DNA of 64,000 nt, taken from Orbicella franksi. Its lineage: Eukaryota. Under the pieces are notes generated by a model. That model had not been told where the DNA came from. It saw only the letters and a program-made list of their open reading frames with translations, and made no database searches. Numbering within the stretch: position 1 is the first letter of the stretch; the number at the start of each line of letters is the position of its first letter. Of the stretch, positions 63,143-64,000 are shown piece by piece. The stretch covers positions 26,412,001 through 26,476,000 of the forward strand of contig OZ116708.1 of the NCBI GenBank assembly GCA_964199315.1, written 5' to 3'. A program made the translations under genes and the position numbers.

Positions 63143-64000
63143 CATCGACCGAGATGATTCAACGACACGTATTTTGCTGTCTTTGCCAAATCACTGCCTT
63201 ACTTAACAAAAACAACACCTTTCTTTCCCGATTTCTAGCCAGCTGTCAATAAAATTATTCACTATAACGGAGGTATGAAGAATATTGAGCTGTGTTGTTT
63301 ACTTCGTTGTTAGAACTGCTTGTTTATACCCAGATTACGTGTGTGTTGCCTGGAGGTCGCAAGAATCGTCAAGTTAGGTTGCAAGGGGGTACTAAAAAAA
63401 AAGGGTAGGTAAGGTAGGTAGGGGGTATGAATCCCATTTTCTGGCCCAATTTTTCCCAGTTTCATTTCCATCTTTTGCTATGATTCCCAGTCCCTCTGAC
63501 CAAAATCCAATTTTTCCAGTGAAAGTATATGCAAATTGCACTTCCAAAGTTACCCCAGCCGGCACCTCTTGCAACTACTTTCGATCATAAATTCCACAAA
63601 GGGCTGTCGAACATGCGATGCTATCTTTTTGGAGGTCTCATTGACTTCTTCAAGAGCAAATAACTAACAAAAAACCCAACAATTCATTCAGTCCTTTTCC
63701 TAAAACAACGAAAAACTCATAACGCGAGTACACTGTTTGCAACGCATGTGGGAGAGCAAGAGAGATCAATGAGAAAAGCAAGTTTACCGGTGGAGTAAAA
63801 TTTTCGTCCAAGTTTTTGTTACATTGAGAAGTTAGCAGGGTGTCACTTTTACACTCATACGTTCATTTTCAAACCAAGGTCGTTATATTACGCGCTTCCA
63901 GAGACCAACCAGCCACAAAAACACAAGAATGAATTTTACTTCACGATTTTGCGGCAATCATATTAACGCACAAAGACATTTTTTACCCATACACAAAGAG

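Overview
AT-rich eukaryotic genomic DNA with spliceosomal introns. It is inferred to be cnidarian, probably a stony coral, from the TRAF expansion and repeat types; this is not proven. The window is a TRAF6-like immune-signalling cluster, all on the minus strand. In transcription order (right to left): (A) a Q/G/S-rich disordered exon 61884-60989 plus a TRAF6-type MATH exon 60435-59935 with a 1-nt frameshift; (B-array) six tandem copies of a short ATG-initiated exon ending in a phase-2 AG|GT donor, at 56014, 49924, 48120, 42744, 40538 and 33470; (B) a paralogous Q/G/S-rich exon 29108-28354 plus an intact MATH exon 28094-27599; (R-array) eight tandem copies of an exon encoding the first three-quarters of a TRAF6-type RING. 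Seven of the eight R copies keep their own phase-2 donor, and all eight have an upstream CCAAT box. No exon for the rest of the RING or for zinc fingers was found between copies. The best candidate for an undescribed system is a protocadherin/UGT1-like layout: arrays of variable promoter-plus-first-exon cassettes upstream of shared TRAF constant exons. This is inference from DNA only; decaying tandem duplication is the alternative. The RING-less MATH proteins carry their own CD40-like PIQET TRAF-binding motif. Also present: a 4.27-kb IS3EU-like DNA transposon with a HECT-like gene inside one RING exon, CR1/L2-group LINE fragments, two R4/Dong-like 3' ends in a (TAA)n tract, MITEs and microsatellites.
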